A DNA stretch of 64,000 bases from Eubacteriales bacterium (GTDB taxonomy: Bacteria; Bacillota; Clostridia; Oscillospirales; CAG-382), in contig JAZSNS010000031.1 in the NCBI GenBank assembly GCA_045536535.1, positions 64,934 through 128,933 on the forward strand, written 5' to 3'. The notes under the pieces are model-generated. The model did not search any database and was not told where the DNA came from. It saw only the letters and a list, made by a program, of their open reading frames with translations. Below are positions 36,860 to 45,358 of the stretch, piece after piece. Position 1 is the first letter of the stretch; each line of letters opens with the position of its first letter. A program made the position numbers and the translations under genes.

Positions 36860-38094
36860 TTTTGAAAATCCTCCAAAATCATGTCTGCGTTACGGTCTGC
36901 ACCATCGACACAGCAGATCTGTTTATCGCAACATGAAAGATATATTTCATAGCGTTCGTTAAAACGTTTTTCGAGTTCATCACGGTTGGAAGAAAGAGGT
37001 CGGTCGTCCGACGGTTTGATATCATCAAGCGCGCGGTCAAGGAAATACAGACGACCGTTTTCACGCAGGAGTTCAACATTCTCTTCTCTTAAAATCGCGC
37101 CGCCGCCGGTTGAGATGATCTTACCTTGAAGCGCGGAAACGCGCCTGATGACCTCGCTTTCGATATCGCGAAAGGCTTTTTCGCCATGAATTCTGATCAA
37201 TTCATCGGCGGTTTTTCCGACGGTCTTTAAAATTTCTTCATCGGTATCGACGAATTCCCTGCCTGTTTTTTCTGCAAGATATCTGCCCGTTGCAGTCTTT
37301 CCGCAACCCGGCATTCCTATTAAAACGATATTTTGTTTTGCGGCAAAAAGTTCATTGAAAATCTTTTCGAGTTTTTCGTTTTCGACAGATCTTCCGACAA
37401 ACAACTCGGCCGCAAAAGCAGCTTGAGCAACGAGCATATAAAGCCCGCCGACAGCATTTATGCCCTTTTTCAAAGCATCGTTAACAAGTTTTGTGCGAAG
37501 CGGGTTATAGACAACGTCAATGACGCTTGAAAGTTTCGGAAACGCGTTGATATCGACCGCGCCGACGCCGAGTTCGGGATACATTCCGCAAGGCGTTGTG
37601 TTTATTATCACATCGGCATCACGATGTTTCCCGAGAGTTTCGTCGTAGGTAAGGCAACCGTCTCTGCCGCTGCGGGAAACACGGCGGACCTCACTGCATT
37701 TGAGTTTTTCCGCGACGTAGCATGCGGTTTTTGAAGTGCCGCCGCTACCCAAAACGATAACCTTCTTATTTTTTAATTGAATTCCGCTTTTTTCGATAAG
37801 CGCCAGCATTCCAAAAACATCGGTATTAAATCCGAAAAGTTTTCCTTGGCGGTTGACGACCGTGTTCACCGCTCCTATGATCTTCGCGGTTTCATCGACG
37901 GAATCAAGGTATGGAATGACAGACTCTTTATAGGGGATCGTTACGTTTATCGCAGAAAAATCGCGTTCTGTCATAAAAGTTTCAAGTTCTTCGGGCGCGA
38001 GCGATTTCAGCTCATAATCATAACCGAAAAGCGATTTGTGTATTTCCGCAGAAAAGCTGTGACTTATCTTTTCGGCAATCAAACCGTATTTCAT
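36856..38094 (-). CDS. bifunctional shikimate dehydrogenase / shikimate kinase fusion
   Basis: The N-terminal ~270 aa are AroE-like (INVTIPYK, GAVNT, VLGSGGTSK). The C-terminal ~165 aa are AroK-like (IVLIGMPGCGKTATG Walker A, DTDEEI). Start is at ATG 38094 in an ATGA overlap with the aroC stop. Confidence 0.92.
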   Translation of the reverse strand: MKYGLIAEKISHSFSAEIHKSLFGYDYELKSLAPEELETFMTERDFSAINVTIPYKESVIPYLDSVDETAKIIGAVNTVVNRQGKLFGFNTDVFGMLALIEKSGIQLKNKKVIVLGSGGTSKTACYVAEKLKCSEVRRVSRSGRDGCLTYDETLGKHRDADVIINTTPCGMYPELGVGAVDINAFPKLSSVIDVVYNPLRTKLVNDALKKGINAVGGLYMLVAQAAFAAELFVGRSVENEKLEKIFNELFAAKQNIVLIGMPGCGKTATGRYLAEKTGREFVDTDEEILKTVGKTADELIRIHGEKAFRDIESEVIRRVSALQGKIISTGGGAILREENVELLRENGRLYFLDRALDDIKPSDDRPLSSNRDELEKRFNERYEIYLSCCDKQICCVDGADRNADMILEDFQK

Positions 38095-39182
38095 AGCGCC
38101 AACCAATCCGTTCCGTGCTTCACCGAAAGCGCATCGGCAATGACAAGCGCGGTGACGCAATCCACAACGATTCTTGCACGGTGAACGACACAGGGATCGT
38201 GTCTGCCGCCCGCCGCGAGAGTTGCGTTTTCTGAGTTTACATAATTAACCGTATTTTGTTCTTTGGAAATTGTCGGTGTCGGGCGAAGAGCGCAACGGAA
38301 AATGATCGGCATTCCGTTCGTGATACCGCCGTTTATGCCACCGGAATTGTTGGTTTTTGTAAACACGTTCCCTTTTTCGGCGTAAAACTCGTCGTTCGCG
38401 TTCGAGCCGTACATTTCGGCGAAACCGAAACCTGCACCAAACTCTACCGCTTTGACCGCAGGGATCGAGAACAACGCGTGAGAAAGCAAGCCTTCGACGG
38501 TGTCAAACCAAGGTTCGCCAACTCCTGCTTCGACGCCGATAACGGCGGTTTCAAGCGATCCGCCGAGGCTATCGCCGTTGTTTTTTGCTTCGATGATTTT
38601 CGATTGCATCTGTTCAGCCGAAGTTTCATCAAGAACGGCAAACGAAAGTTTCGACAGTTTTTCGATATCCGATTTGAAATCGCCGAAATCGCGGTCTTGA
38701 ACGCCGCCGATGTTCTTAATATGCGTGCCGATATATATTCCTTTTTTATTAAGCGCGGGAATCAAAATCCCGCCGGCGGCAACGAGCGCCGCAGTGACAC
38801 GTCCGCTGAAATGGCCGCCGCCGCGATAATCTTCAAAGCCGCGATACTTTACATGAGCGGTATAATCGGCATGCGACGGACGCGCAAGGCAGGACACGGT
38901 GTTATAATCATTTGAGTTTTTATCGTTGTTCGGGATAGTGATACAGATCGGAGCGCCGTTCGTAAAGCCGTTGAACACGCCGCTTTGAATAACAAACTCA
39001 TCTTCTTCGCGTCGTGCGGTTGAAACCGAGCCCGAAGGACGGCGCAGCGCAAGAAGCGCGCGGATCTTAGCATCATCAACGGGAATGCCTGCGGCAACAC
39101 CGTCAAGCACAAAGCCGACGGACGGGCCGTGGCTTTCTCCGAAAATCGTAAGCGTTATATTTGTTCCAAACGTATTTTTCAT
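38091..39182 (-). CDS. aroC: chorismate synthase
   Basis: FGESHG, RPSHADY and GGRHDPCV motifs. Confidence 0.96.
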   Translation of the reverse strand: MKNTFGTNITLTIFGESHGPSVGFVLDGVAAGIPVDDAKIRALLALRRPSGSVSTARREEDEFVIQSGVFNGFTNGAPICITIPNNDKNSNDYNTVSCLARPSHADYTAHVKYRGFEDYRGGGHFSGRVTAALVAAGGILIPALNKKGIYIGTHIKNIGGVQDRDFGDFKSDIEKLSKLSFAVLDETSAEQMQSKIIEAKNNGDSLGGSLETAVIGVEAGVGEPWFDTVEGLLSHALFSIPAVKAVEFGAGFGFAEMYGSNANDEFYAEKGNVFTKTNNSGGINGGITNGMPIIFRCALRPTPTISKEQNTVNYVNSENATLAAGGRHDPCVVHRARIVVDCVTALVIADALSVKHGTDWLAL

Positions 39183-40195
39183 TTTGCGAGAACCTGCCTT
39201 ATCATCATTTCAAATTCGCTAAACGGCATTTTTTTGAATTCAAATTCGCCTATTTCGGGGACATAAACCGCTGTGATATCCGTTCCTGTGAGTTTTTTAT
39301 CATGTTTGCAGGCGTTGATTACCGTTTCGATATCCTCGCCCGAGAATTCATAAGGAAGCGAAAGTTTTTTCAAAACGGCGACCAGTTTTTCCCTGACACG
39401 GGGCGAACACATAGGGACCATTCCGATCGCCACACATTCGCCGTGATAAAGATTTCCCATACCGTTTGCGCTTTCGATCGCATGAGCAAGAGTGTGACCG
39501 AAGTTAAGAACACGGCGCAAGCCCGATTCCCTCTCATCCGCTTCGACAATTCTCTTTTTCACAAGAAGCGAGCGTTCGATGATTGTGTCGATTTCTTTAT
39601 CAATATCCCCGTTTTCAAAGATATCAAATAAAACAGAATCGCTTGTGAGTGACATCTTGACAGATTCTGCGATACCGTTCGACAGTTGGCGTTCGGGGAG
39701 GGTTTTAAGCGTTTCGGGGTCGATAACGACCCTTTTCGGCGGATAAAACGCACCAACGATATTTTTGATCCCCATAAAGTCGACCGCGGTCTTTCCGCCG
39801 ACAGAAGAATCGACCTGAGAAAGAAGAGTCGTGGGGATATTGTAAAAATCAATACCGCGCATATATGCACTTGCCGCAAAGCCCGCAAGGTCGCCGACAA
39901 CTCCGCCGCCGACAGCAACGACGCAATCGCTTCTTGTGAAGTCGTTTTCGACCATTTTTTTGAGCAAAAGTTCAAAGTTGGAAAGGTTCTTTGAAGCTTC
40001 GCCCTGCTCGATCACAACCGTCACTGCAGATTTGCATTGTTTGGCAACGGTTTCGGCATATTCAGAAGGTACTCCGTCATCGGTAACGACCAAAACCTTG
40101 CGCGAAAGCGAAAGATATTTCTCAACTTTTAAAATCGCACCACGTTCAAGAACGATATCGTAACCGCCCGATAATGTTTTTACGGGTATAAGCAT
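39179..40195 (-). CDS. aroB: 3-dehydroquinate synthase
   Basis: GGGVVGDLAGFAA, GGKTAVD and FGHTLAHAIE motifs. Confidence 0.95.
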   Translation of the reverse strand: MLIPVKTLSGGYDIVLERGAILKVEKYLSLSRKVLVVTDDGVPSEYAETVAKQCKSAVTVVIEQGEASKNLSNFELLLKKMVENDFTRSDCVVAVGGGVVGDLAGFAASAYMRGIDFYNIPTTLLSQVDSSVGGKTAVDFMGIKNIVGAFYPPKRVVIDPETLKTLPERQLSNGIAESVKMSLTSDSVLFDIFENGDIDKEIDTIIERSLLVKKRIVEADERESGLRRVLNFGHTLAHAIESANGMGNLYHGECVAIGMVPMCSPRVREKLVAVLKKLSLPYEFSGEDIETVINACKHDKKLTGTDITAVYVPEIGEFEFKKMPFSEFEMMIRQVLAK

Positions 40196-40213
40196 ATATA
40201 CACTCCAAAATGT

Positions 40214-41302
40214 TTAGATTTTAATTTCCTTTTCGTAGCTTGCAATGATTTTAACGTTATTGCAGCAACCTTCCAGATCGGCAAGCATCGCTTTACCCTC
40301 GAACGTCCCCAAATTGCCCTCGCCTTCGGCATAGAAATAATAGTCCCAAACGAGGTCTTTTGTAGGACGGCTCTTCAAAGCGCGGAGATTAAATCCGTGT
40401 TCGCCGATAACCGACACCGCTTTGCCGAGCGAGCCTGCAACGTTTTTTACGGTGAAGAGCATTATGAAATGCTTATCGTTCGCGGCATATTCACGGTGGT
40501 TTTTCGAAAAGACGGCAAAACGTGTTGTATTTGTGCCGCTTTCGTTAATTCTCCCTTCGAGTTTTTCAAGGCCGAACTTCAAAGCCGCTTCTTCGCTTGC
40601 GATCGCCGCGATATCATGACTTCCCATTTCGGCAACTGTTTTTGCCGCAACGGCGGTATTGACAGCCTCGACGGTTTCAAAACCGTGTTTTTCGATATAA
40701 GAAGCACATTGCCCGAGCGCTTGCGGATGGCTTATAACCCGTTTTACTTCATCAATCGTTGTTCCCTTTATCGCAAGCAGGTTCTGAACGACCTCGGCTT
40801 CATAAACACCGTTGATATAAAGGTCTCCGAAAAACGCAAGATCAAGCACCTTTCCGACATCGCCGTTGAAACTGTTTTCAACAGGCAAAAGAGCACAATC
40901 GCATTCGCCCGAGAGAGCGGCGTTATAAGCGGCGTCGAAAGAGGGGTAACCGACACAGGTCGCATCGGGAAAGATCCTTTCGGCCGCAATATTTGCAAAC
41001 GCGCCTTCAACACCGCTGTAAGCAACGCGCATTCCATCGAGAATACGGTGCTGAAACTTTTTGGAAACATCTATCGTACTTTTCAGAAAATCAATGTAAT
41101 AGGAGCGGTAATCGTCAGACGATATCATTTCGGAGTTACGTTTGATTACCTCGGCTTCCCTACCGGGATCATCAACGGGAATTCCGTGTTCCTTTTTATA
41201 GTCTGCAACCATTCTGACCGCATCCATACGCTGTTCGAACAGATGCGCGATCTCTTTATCGGTCGCGTTGATGATATTCCTCGCTTTATCAAGTTCGGTC
41301 AT
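40214..41302 (-). CDS. pheA: bifunctional chorismate mutase / prephenate dehydratase (P-protein)
   Basis: N-terminal AroQ-class chorismate mutase helix (IDKEIAHLFEQRMD), a PDT domain (TTRFAVF) and a C-terminal ACT domain (GSLGKAV..ESRP-like SRPTK). Confidence 0.94.
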   Translation of the reverse strand: MTELDKARNIINATDKEIAHLFEQRMDAVRMVADYKKEHGIPVDDPGREAEVIKRNSEMISSDDYRSYYIDFLKSTIDVSKKFQHRILDGMRVAYSGVEGAFANIAAERIFPDATCVGYPSFDAAYNAALSGECDCALLPVENSFNGDVGKVLDLAFFGDLYINGVYEAEVVQNLLAIKGTTIDEVKRVISHPQALGQCASYIEKHGFETVEAVNTAVAAKTVAEMGSHDIAAIASEEAALKFGLEKLEGRINESGTNTTRFAVFSKNHREYAANDKHFIMLFTVKNVAGSLGKAVSVIGEHGFNLRALKSRPTKDLVWDYYFYAEGEGNLGTFEGKAMLADLEGCCNNVKIIASYEKEIKI

Positions 41303-41333
41303 TTGAAAACATCTCCTTCAAATGGGTTTATTT

Positions 41334-41382
41334 AAAACAAAAAATCCGCCACCATTATGCAAAGAAAGCATAGCGGATGCGG
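41334..41382 (-). terminator. leader (attenuator) terminator upstream of pheA
   Basis: Minus strand: CCGCATCCGCTATGC-tttcttt-GCATAATGGTGGCGG-A-TTTTTTGTTTT. The imperfect stem has 12 pairs including one G-U. It lies between the leader ORF and the pheA RBS. Confidence 0.6.
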
Positions 41383-41406
41383 ACTGCCGTTTGGTATGAA
41401 CAAAAA

Positions 41407-41475
41407 TCAAGCGTTCAGAGCAGACGAGCAGTCCTTTTTAAAATAATAAAAATAGCGGTATGAATTAAAGAACAT
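41407..41475 (-). CDS. candidate Phe/Tyr-rich leader peptide MFFNSYRYFYYFKKDCSSALNA
   Basis: 22-codon ORF, below the ORF-track cutoff. AAAGGAG sits 8 nt upstream of the ATG. Eight of residues 2-12 are F or Y. It lies between a consensus promoter and a terminator, directly upstream of the aro/pheA/tyrA operon. Confidence 0.55.
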   Translation of the reverse strand: MFFNSYRYFYYFKKDCSSALNA

Positions 41476-41515
41476 CTCGTTTACTCCTTTCACAAATCAA
41501 TCATTTTATGCACAC

Positions 41516-41544
41516 ATAATAGTACAATTTCCACGATTTGTCAA
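41516..41544 (-). promoter_or_regulatory. sigma-A-type promoter of the aro operon leader
   Basis: Minus strand: TTGACA (41544-41539), 17-nt spacer, TATTAT (41521-41516). Confidence 0.55.
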
Positions 41545-41617
41545 GAGGAAAATTCCATTTCCCAACCTTCTTTTTCACGCTCGGGTGGATATTTCGACGT
41601 CTTTAAACACATGACAC

Positions 41618-41646
41618 TTGATTTTTATCTCACTTTGGTATATAAT
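41618..41646 (+). promoter_or_regulatory. sigma-A-type promoter for citrate synthase
   Basis: TTGATT, 17-nt spacer, TATAAT. Divergent from the aro promoter. Confidence 0.5.
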
Positions 41647-41689
41647 CGTTTTGTATAAATTTTCACTTTAAAGAAAGAGAGGCAAAAGA

Positions 41690-43051
41690 TTGAAAAAGTC
41701 CTATTCCGCTATTACACCTTACATTGCCGAAATGGCTGAACTTTCGTGCAACAACAACAGAATAGAACCTGCGATGTATGCAGAGCACCGCGTTAACAGA
41801 GGTTTGCGCGATATGAACGGCAACGGTGTTGTTACCGGCCTGACCGAAGTTTCTAAAATCAAGGCAAAAGAAGTTGACGAAAACGGAAACGCAGTTCCTT
41901 GCGAGGGACAGCTTTGTTATCGCGGAATCGACGTTCGCGATCTCGTCAACGGATTCAGATCAGACGACAGATTCGGGTTTGAAGAAACGGTTTATCTTTT
42001 GCTTTTCTCCGAACTTCCGAACACTCAGCAACTCAAACGATTCTCGAAAGAACTTTCGGATTATCGCAGTTTGCCGAAATCCTTCGTTCGCGATATGATT
42101 CTCAAAGCGCCCGGAAAGGATATGATGAATATTCTTTCGCGATCGGTTCTTGCGCTTTATGCTTATGACGACAATCCCGACGATATTTCTATCCCGAACG
42201 TTTTAAGACAGAGCATGCAGATGATCGCAATGTTCCCTCTTCTTGCGGTTTACGGTTATCAGTCATACATTCATTATCACAGAGGCAAAGACCTGCACAT
42301 TCGACTTCCCAAACCCGAGTTTTCGACAGCAGAGAACCTTTTGCATCTGCTTCGCAAAGATGGCGAATTTTCCGATCTTGAAGCAAAAATACTTGACCTT
42401 GCCATGGTTCTCCATGCCGAACACGGCGGCGGTAACAACTCGACATTCACAACACACGTCGTCACCTCTTCGGGCACCGACACCTATTCCGCAATCGCGG
42501 CGGCACTCGGTTCGCTCAAAGGTCCGCGTCACGGCGGCGCGAACATAAAGGTCGTTAAGATGTTTGAGGACATGAAAAAGCACGTCAACGTTAAGAAAAC
42601 GGGCGAAATCGAAGATTATCTCGTTAAGCTTCTCGACAAGCAGGCGTTTGACAACGCCGGTCTCATTTACGGCATGGGACATGCGGTATATTCCCTCTCC
42701 GACCCCAGATCGGACATTTTGAAGGAATGTGCGAAGATGCTCTCTACCGAAAAAGGTCGCGCCGAAGAATACGCTCTCTATGAAAAGGTTGCAAAACTCG
42801 CACCTGAGATAATCGCCGAAAAGCGCAGAATGTACAAAGGCGTCAGCGCAAACGTTGACTTTTATTCGGGTCTTATCTACAAGATGCTCAACATCCCCAA
42901 CGAACTTTACACTCCGATTTTCGCCGTTTCGAGAATTGCGGGTTGGAGCGCACACAGAATCGAGGAAATTCAGAACGCGGGCAAGATCATTCGTCCTGCA
43001 TACATAGCCGTTAAGAACGACAGAGATTACGTGCAGCTCAAACAAAGATAA
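41690..43051 (+). CDS. citrate synthase family enzyme
   Basis: 453 aa with a TTG start after AGAGAGG. Catalytic-region motifs are HAEHGGGNNSTF, GPRHGGAN and GMGHAVY. Confidence 0.93.
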   Translation: MKKSYSAITPYIAEMAELSCNNNRIEPAMYAEHRVNRGLRDMNGNGVVTGLTEVSKIKAKEVDENGNAVPCEGQLCYRGIDVRDLVNGFRSDDRFGFEETVYLLLFSELPNTQQLKRFSKELSDYRSLPKSFVRDMILKAPGKDMMNILSRSVLALYAYDDNPDDISIPNVLRQSMQMIAMFPLLAVYGYQSYIHYHRGKDLHIRLPKPEFSTAENLLHLLRKDGEFSDLEAKILDLAMVLHAEHGGGNNSTFTTHVVTSSGTDTYSAIAAALGSLKGPRHGGANIKVVKMFEDMKKHVNVKKTGEIEDYLVKLLDKQAFDNAGLIYGMGHAVYSLSDPRSDILKECAKMLSTEKGRAEEYALYEKVAKLAPEIIAEKRRMYKGVSANVDFYSGLIYKMLNIPNELYTPIFAVSRIAGWSAHRIEEIQNAGKIIRPAYIAVKNDRDYVQLKQR

Positions 43052-43053
43052 AT

Positions 43054-43090
43054 AAAAAAGCGGTTCAAAACGAACCGCTTTTTATTTTTT
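43054..43090. terminator. bidirectional rho-independent terminator
   Basis: AAAAAA-GCGGTTC-aaaac-GAACCGC-TTTTTATTTTTT. The last codons of the convergent oxidoreductase gene lie within the hairpin. Confidence 0.75.
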
Positions 43091-44423
43091 CGTTCAAGAT
43101 CAGTTTTGCTGCTTTTTTTCCTGAAATTACCGCGCCCTCCATCGTTGCAAACGTTTTTGTCAAGGTATAATCCCCGGCGAGAAAAAGACCTTTTATGCCA
43201 GTCGACTGGCTCGGGCGTAAGCGCTGACTGCCTTTTGCGAGCGCATAAAATTTGTTTTTCTCAGAAACCTTTCGAGCCTCGATAACCGAATCTTCGATGT
43301 GAATACCAAGCGAAGCAAGTTGACGGAGAACAGACGGTAATATTTCATCTGCCGTTTTATCCTCATATTGGTCGGGACGCCCTAAAATTATTGAAAGTCT
43401 GCCTTTTGACTCTCTGAACGTTGTTCTTGATTGCTCGGCAAAACTAACGATATCTGTAGATGGGCCGAAGGTCGTGATATCCTTTTCAAGCGCAGGGCGA
43501 GACAGTTCAAGTTGAATGCTGCAAGCCGACATTTCGGGAAGCGCGAAGAGTTTTTTCAATTCCTCCCTTTCTTTAAACCGCGAAAGGATTCGTTTCGCGC
43601 TTGGCAAATCGGTTGCGATGACCACCGACTTTGCTCGATATTCGGCACCCGATGAGGTTCTCGCTCCGACCACCGCTCCATGCTCGGTTATTACCGATTC
43701 GACCTTTTCGGAAAGGCAGACAACTCCTCCGTTCGAGCGTATCTTCCTCACGATCGGTCGACACATAACTTCGGACATTCCGCCGAGATACGCCCCGACA
43801 CGCATTTTGTAAAACTTCGGAATCGCAGGTGCGAAAAGTCCGAAAAATGCATAGGCTGAATATTCCTCCGGCGGCAGAAAGAAGATTCCGCTTGTCAATG
43901 GTTCGAGCACCAAACGCTGCGAACGCGGAGTGACTTTTAATTTATTTGCATATTCTGTCACGGAATAGCGATCAAGTTCATAAGAAAACATATAATTCAA
44001 AAATCCACATGCAAAAAACGGCAGAAGCGACAGTTTGTCTTCGACCGAGAGAACATCGTTATTTTCCAAGATACCTCTTAACGTTTTTATAGGCGCAAGC
44101 AGAGGTGCAAGTCCCAAAACGAGTTTTTTGTTTTTTCCTTTCACCAAAATATCGACTTTATCTTCCCATGTGACGATTTTGTCGATATCGGAACCGCATT
44201 TTTTAATAAGACGAGGCAAGGCGCTGTAATAACCGATATAACGGTGCAAGCCCGATTCGACCTTCATTCCGTTATCGTTAAACGAAGAAGTTCTGCCGCC
44301 GACATAAGAATTCGATTCGAGAACAGTTACTCTTTTTCCGCGGGAAGAAAGTTCATAGGCGCAAGAAAGACCTGCAAGTCCCGCTCCAACGATCAAAACA
44401 TCGGGTGTCGTGTTGAAAATCAT
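43065..44423 (-). CDS. FAD-dependent oxidoreductase (amine oxidase / phytoene-desaturase-like fold)
   Basis: N-terminal motif DVLIVGAGLAGLSCAYEL..VTVLESNSYVGGR. Substrate unknown. Confidence 0.85.
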   Translation of the reverse strand: MIFNTTPDVLIVGAGLAGLSCAYELSSRGKRVTVLESNSYVGGRTSSFNDNGMKVESGLHRYIGYYSALPRLIKKCGSDIDKIVTWEDKVDILVKGKNKKLVLGLAPLLAPIKTLRGILENNDVLSVEDKLSLLPFFACGFLNYMFSYELDRYSVTEYANKLKVTPRSQRLVLEPLTSGIFFLPPEEYSAYAFFGLFAPAIPKFYKMRVGAYLGGMSEVMCRPIVRKIRSNGGVVCLSEKVESVITEHGAVVGARTSSGAEYRAKSVVIATDLPSAKRILSRFKEREELKKLFALPEMSACSIQLELSRPALEKDITTFGPSTDIVSFAEQSRTTFRESKGRLSIILGRPDQYEDKTADEILPSVLRQLASLGIHIEDSVIEARKVSEKNKFYALAKGSQRLRPSQSTGIKGLFLAGDYTLTKTFATMEGAVISGKKAAKLILNEKIKSGSF

Positions 44424-44578
44424 AATTATTTATCTTCCTCCGATTGATTTTTTTACTTATTATTCCCGGCACAGGATTAATTATCGGTTTTGGTTCATCA
44501 AAGCTTTCGTTGACAATTATCCGTCGGTATAATATAATAAAAGAGCAAAAAACGAGAACATAAAACCGAGGCATTCTG

Positions 44579-45253
44579 ATGAAAAAGACTTTTTCCGTTT
44601 TAAACGCAATATTTATTCTCACAACGTTTTTAAGCGCTTTTTATTACCGTTTGCACGGCGGAATCGAACTCAAAGCCCTGACGAGTTTCGGATTTGTTAT
44701 CATCGGTGCAATAAACCTTTTTTACACTTTAAAAGCGAAAAACGGCAACCGATTTTTTGCGTTTTTTATGATGAGCGGCCTTGTTTTTTCATTCCTCGGC
44801 GACGTTATTCTGAATTACAACTTTATTCTCGGAGCAATCGTTTTCGCGCTCGGTCATTTGGCATATCTTGCGGCATATTGCAGGTTGTTGCGATTCAAGA
44901 GAACCGACATTATCCACTGCGCTTTGATTTTTATCGTTTCGGCGGCGGTACTTTTGCTCTGTCCCGTTTTTGAGTTCGGGAGCAATTCGATGAAATTCGT
45001 CTGTCTTTTTTATGCACTTATTATCTCCTTCATGGTGGGCAAAGCGATCGCAAATCTGCAAAGCATCAAGAACCTGCAAAGCGTTATTTTGGCGGTCGGA
45101 AGTTTGCTGTTTTTTATTTCCGACATCGCGTTGGTTTTCTATGTTTTCGCAGGGGCATCGGAGATCGCAAACACGGTTTGTCTTATGACCTACGTCCCTG
45201 CTCAATGCGTGCTCGCATTTTCGATGATTTTGCCGGAAACAAAAAGCGAATGA
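44579..45253 (+). CDS. YhhN-family (lysoplasmalogenase-like) membrane protein
   Basis: 224 aa with about 7-8 TM helices. FLGDVIL and ALGHLAYL are motifs I associate with YhhN/TMEM86. Confidence 0.8.
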   Translation: MKKTFSVLNAIFILTTFLSAFYYRLHGGIELKALTSFGFVIIGAINLFYTLKAKNGNRFFAFFMMSGLVFSFLGDVILNYNFILGAIVFALGHLAYLAAYCRLLRFKRTDIIHCALIFIVSAAVLLLCPVFEFGSNSMKFVCLFYALIISFMVGKAIANLQSIKNLQSVILAVGSLLFFISDIALVFYVFAGASEIANTVCLMTYVPAQCVLAFSMILPETKSE

Positions 45254-45358
45254 ATTTCAACAAAAGGAACGCCAAAACGTTCCTTTTTTATTGACTTTTT
45301 CGTTGATCTTATGGTAAAATAATTCGAACATACTTTTCGCGTTCAAGGAGAACGTTTT

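Noticed and set aside
41303-41689. T-box riboswitch upstream of the aro/pheA operon, and likewise upstream of pheS at 3698-3721.
   Set aside because: I looked on the relevant strand for the conserved T-box core (..GGGTGGTACCGCG..), a specifier-loop architecture and a ~200-nt leader. None is present. The region instead contains a leader ORF plus a terminator.
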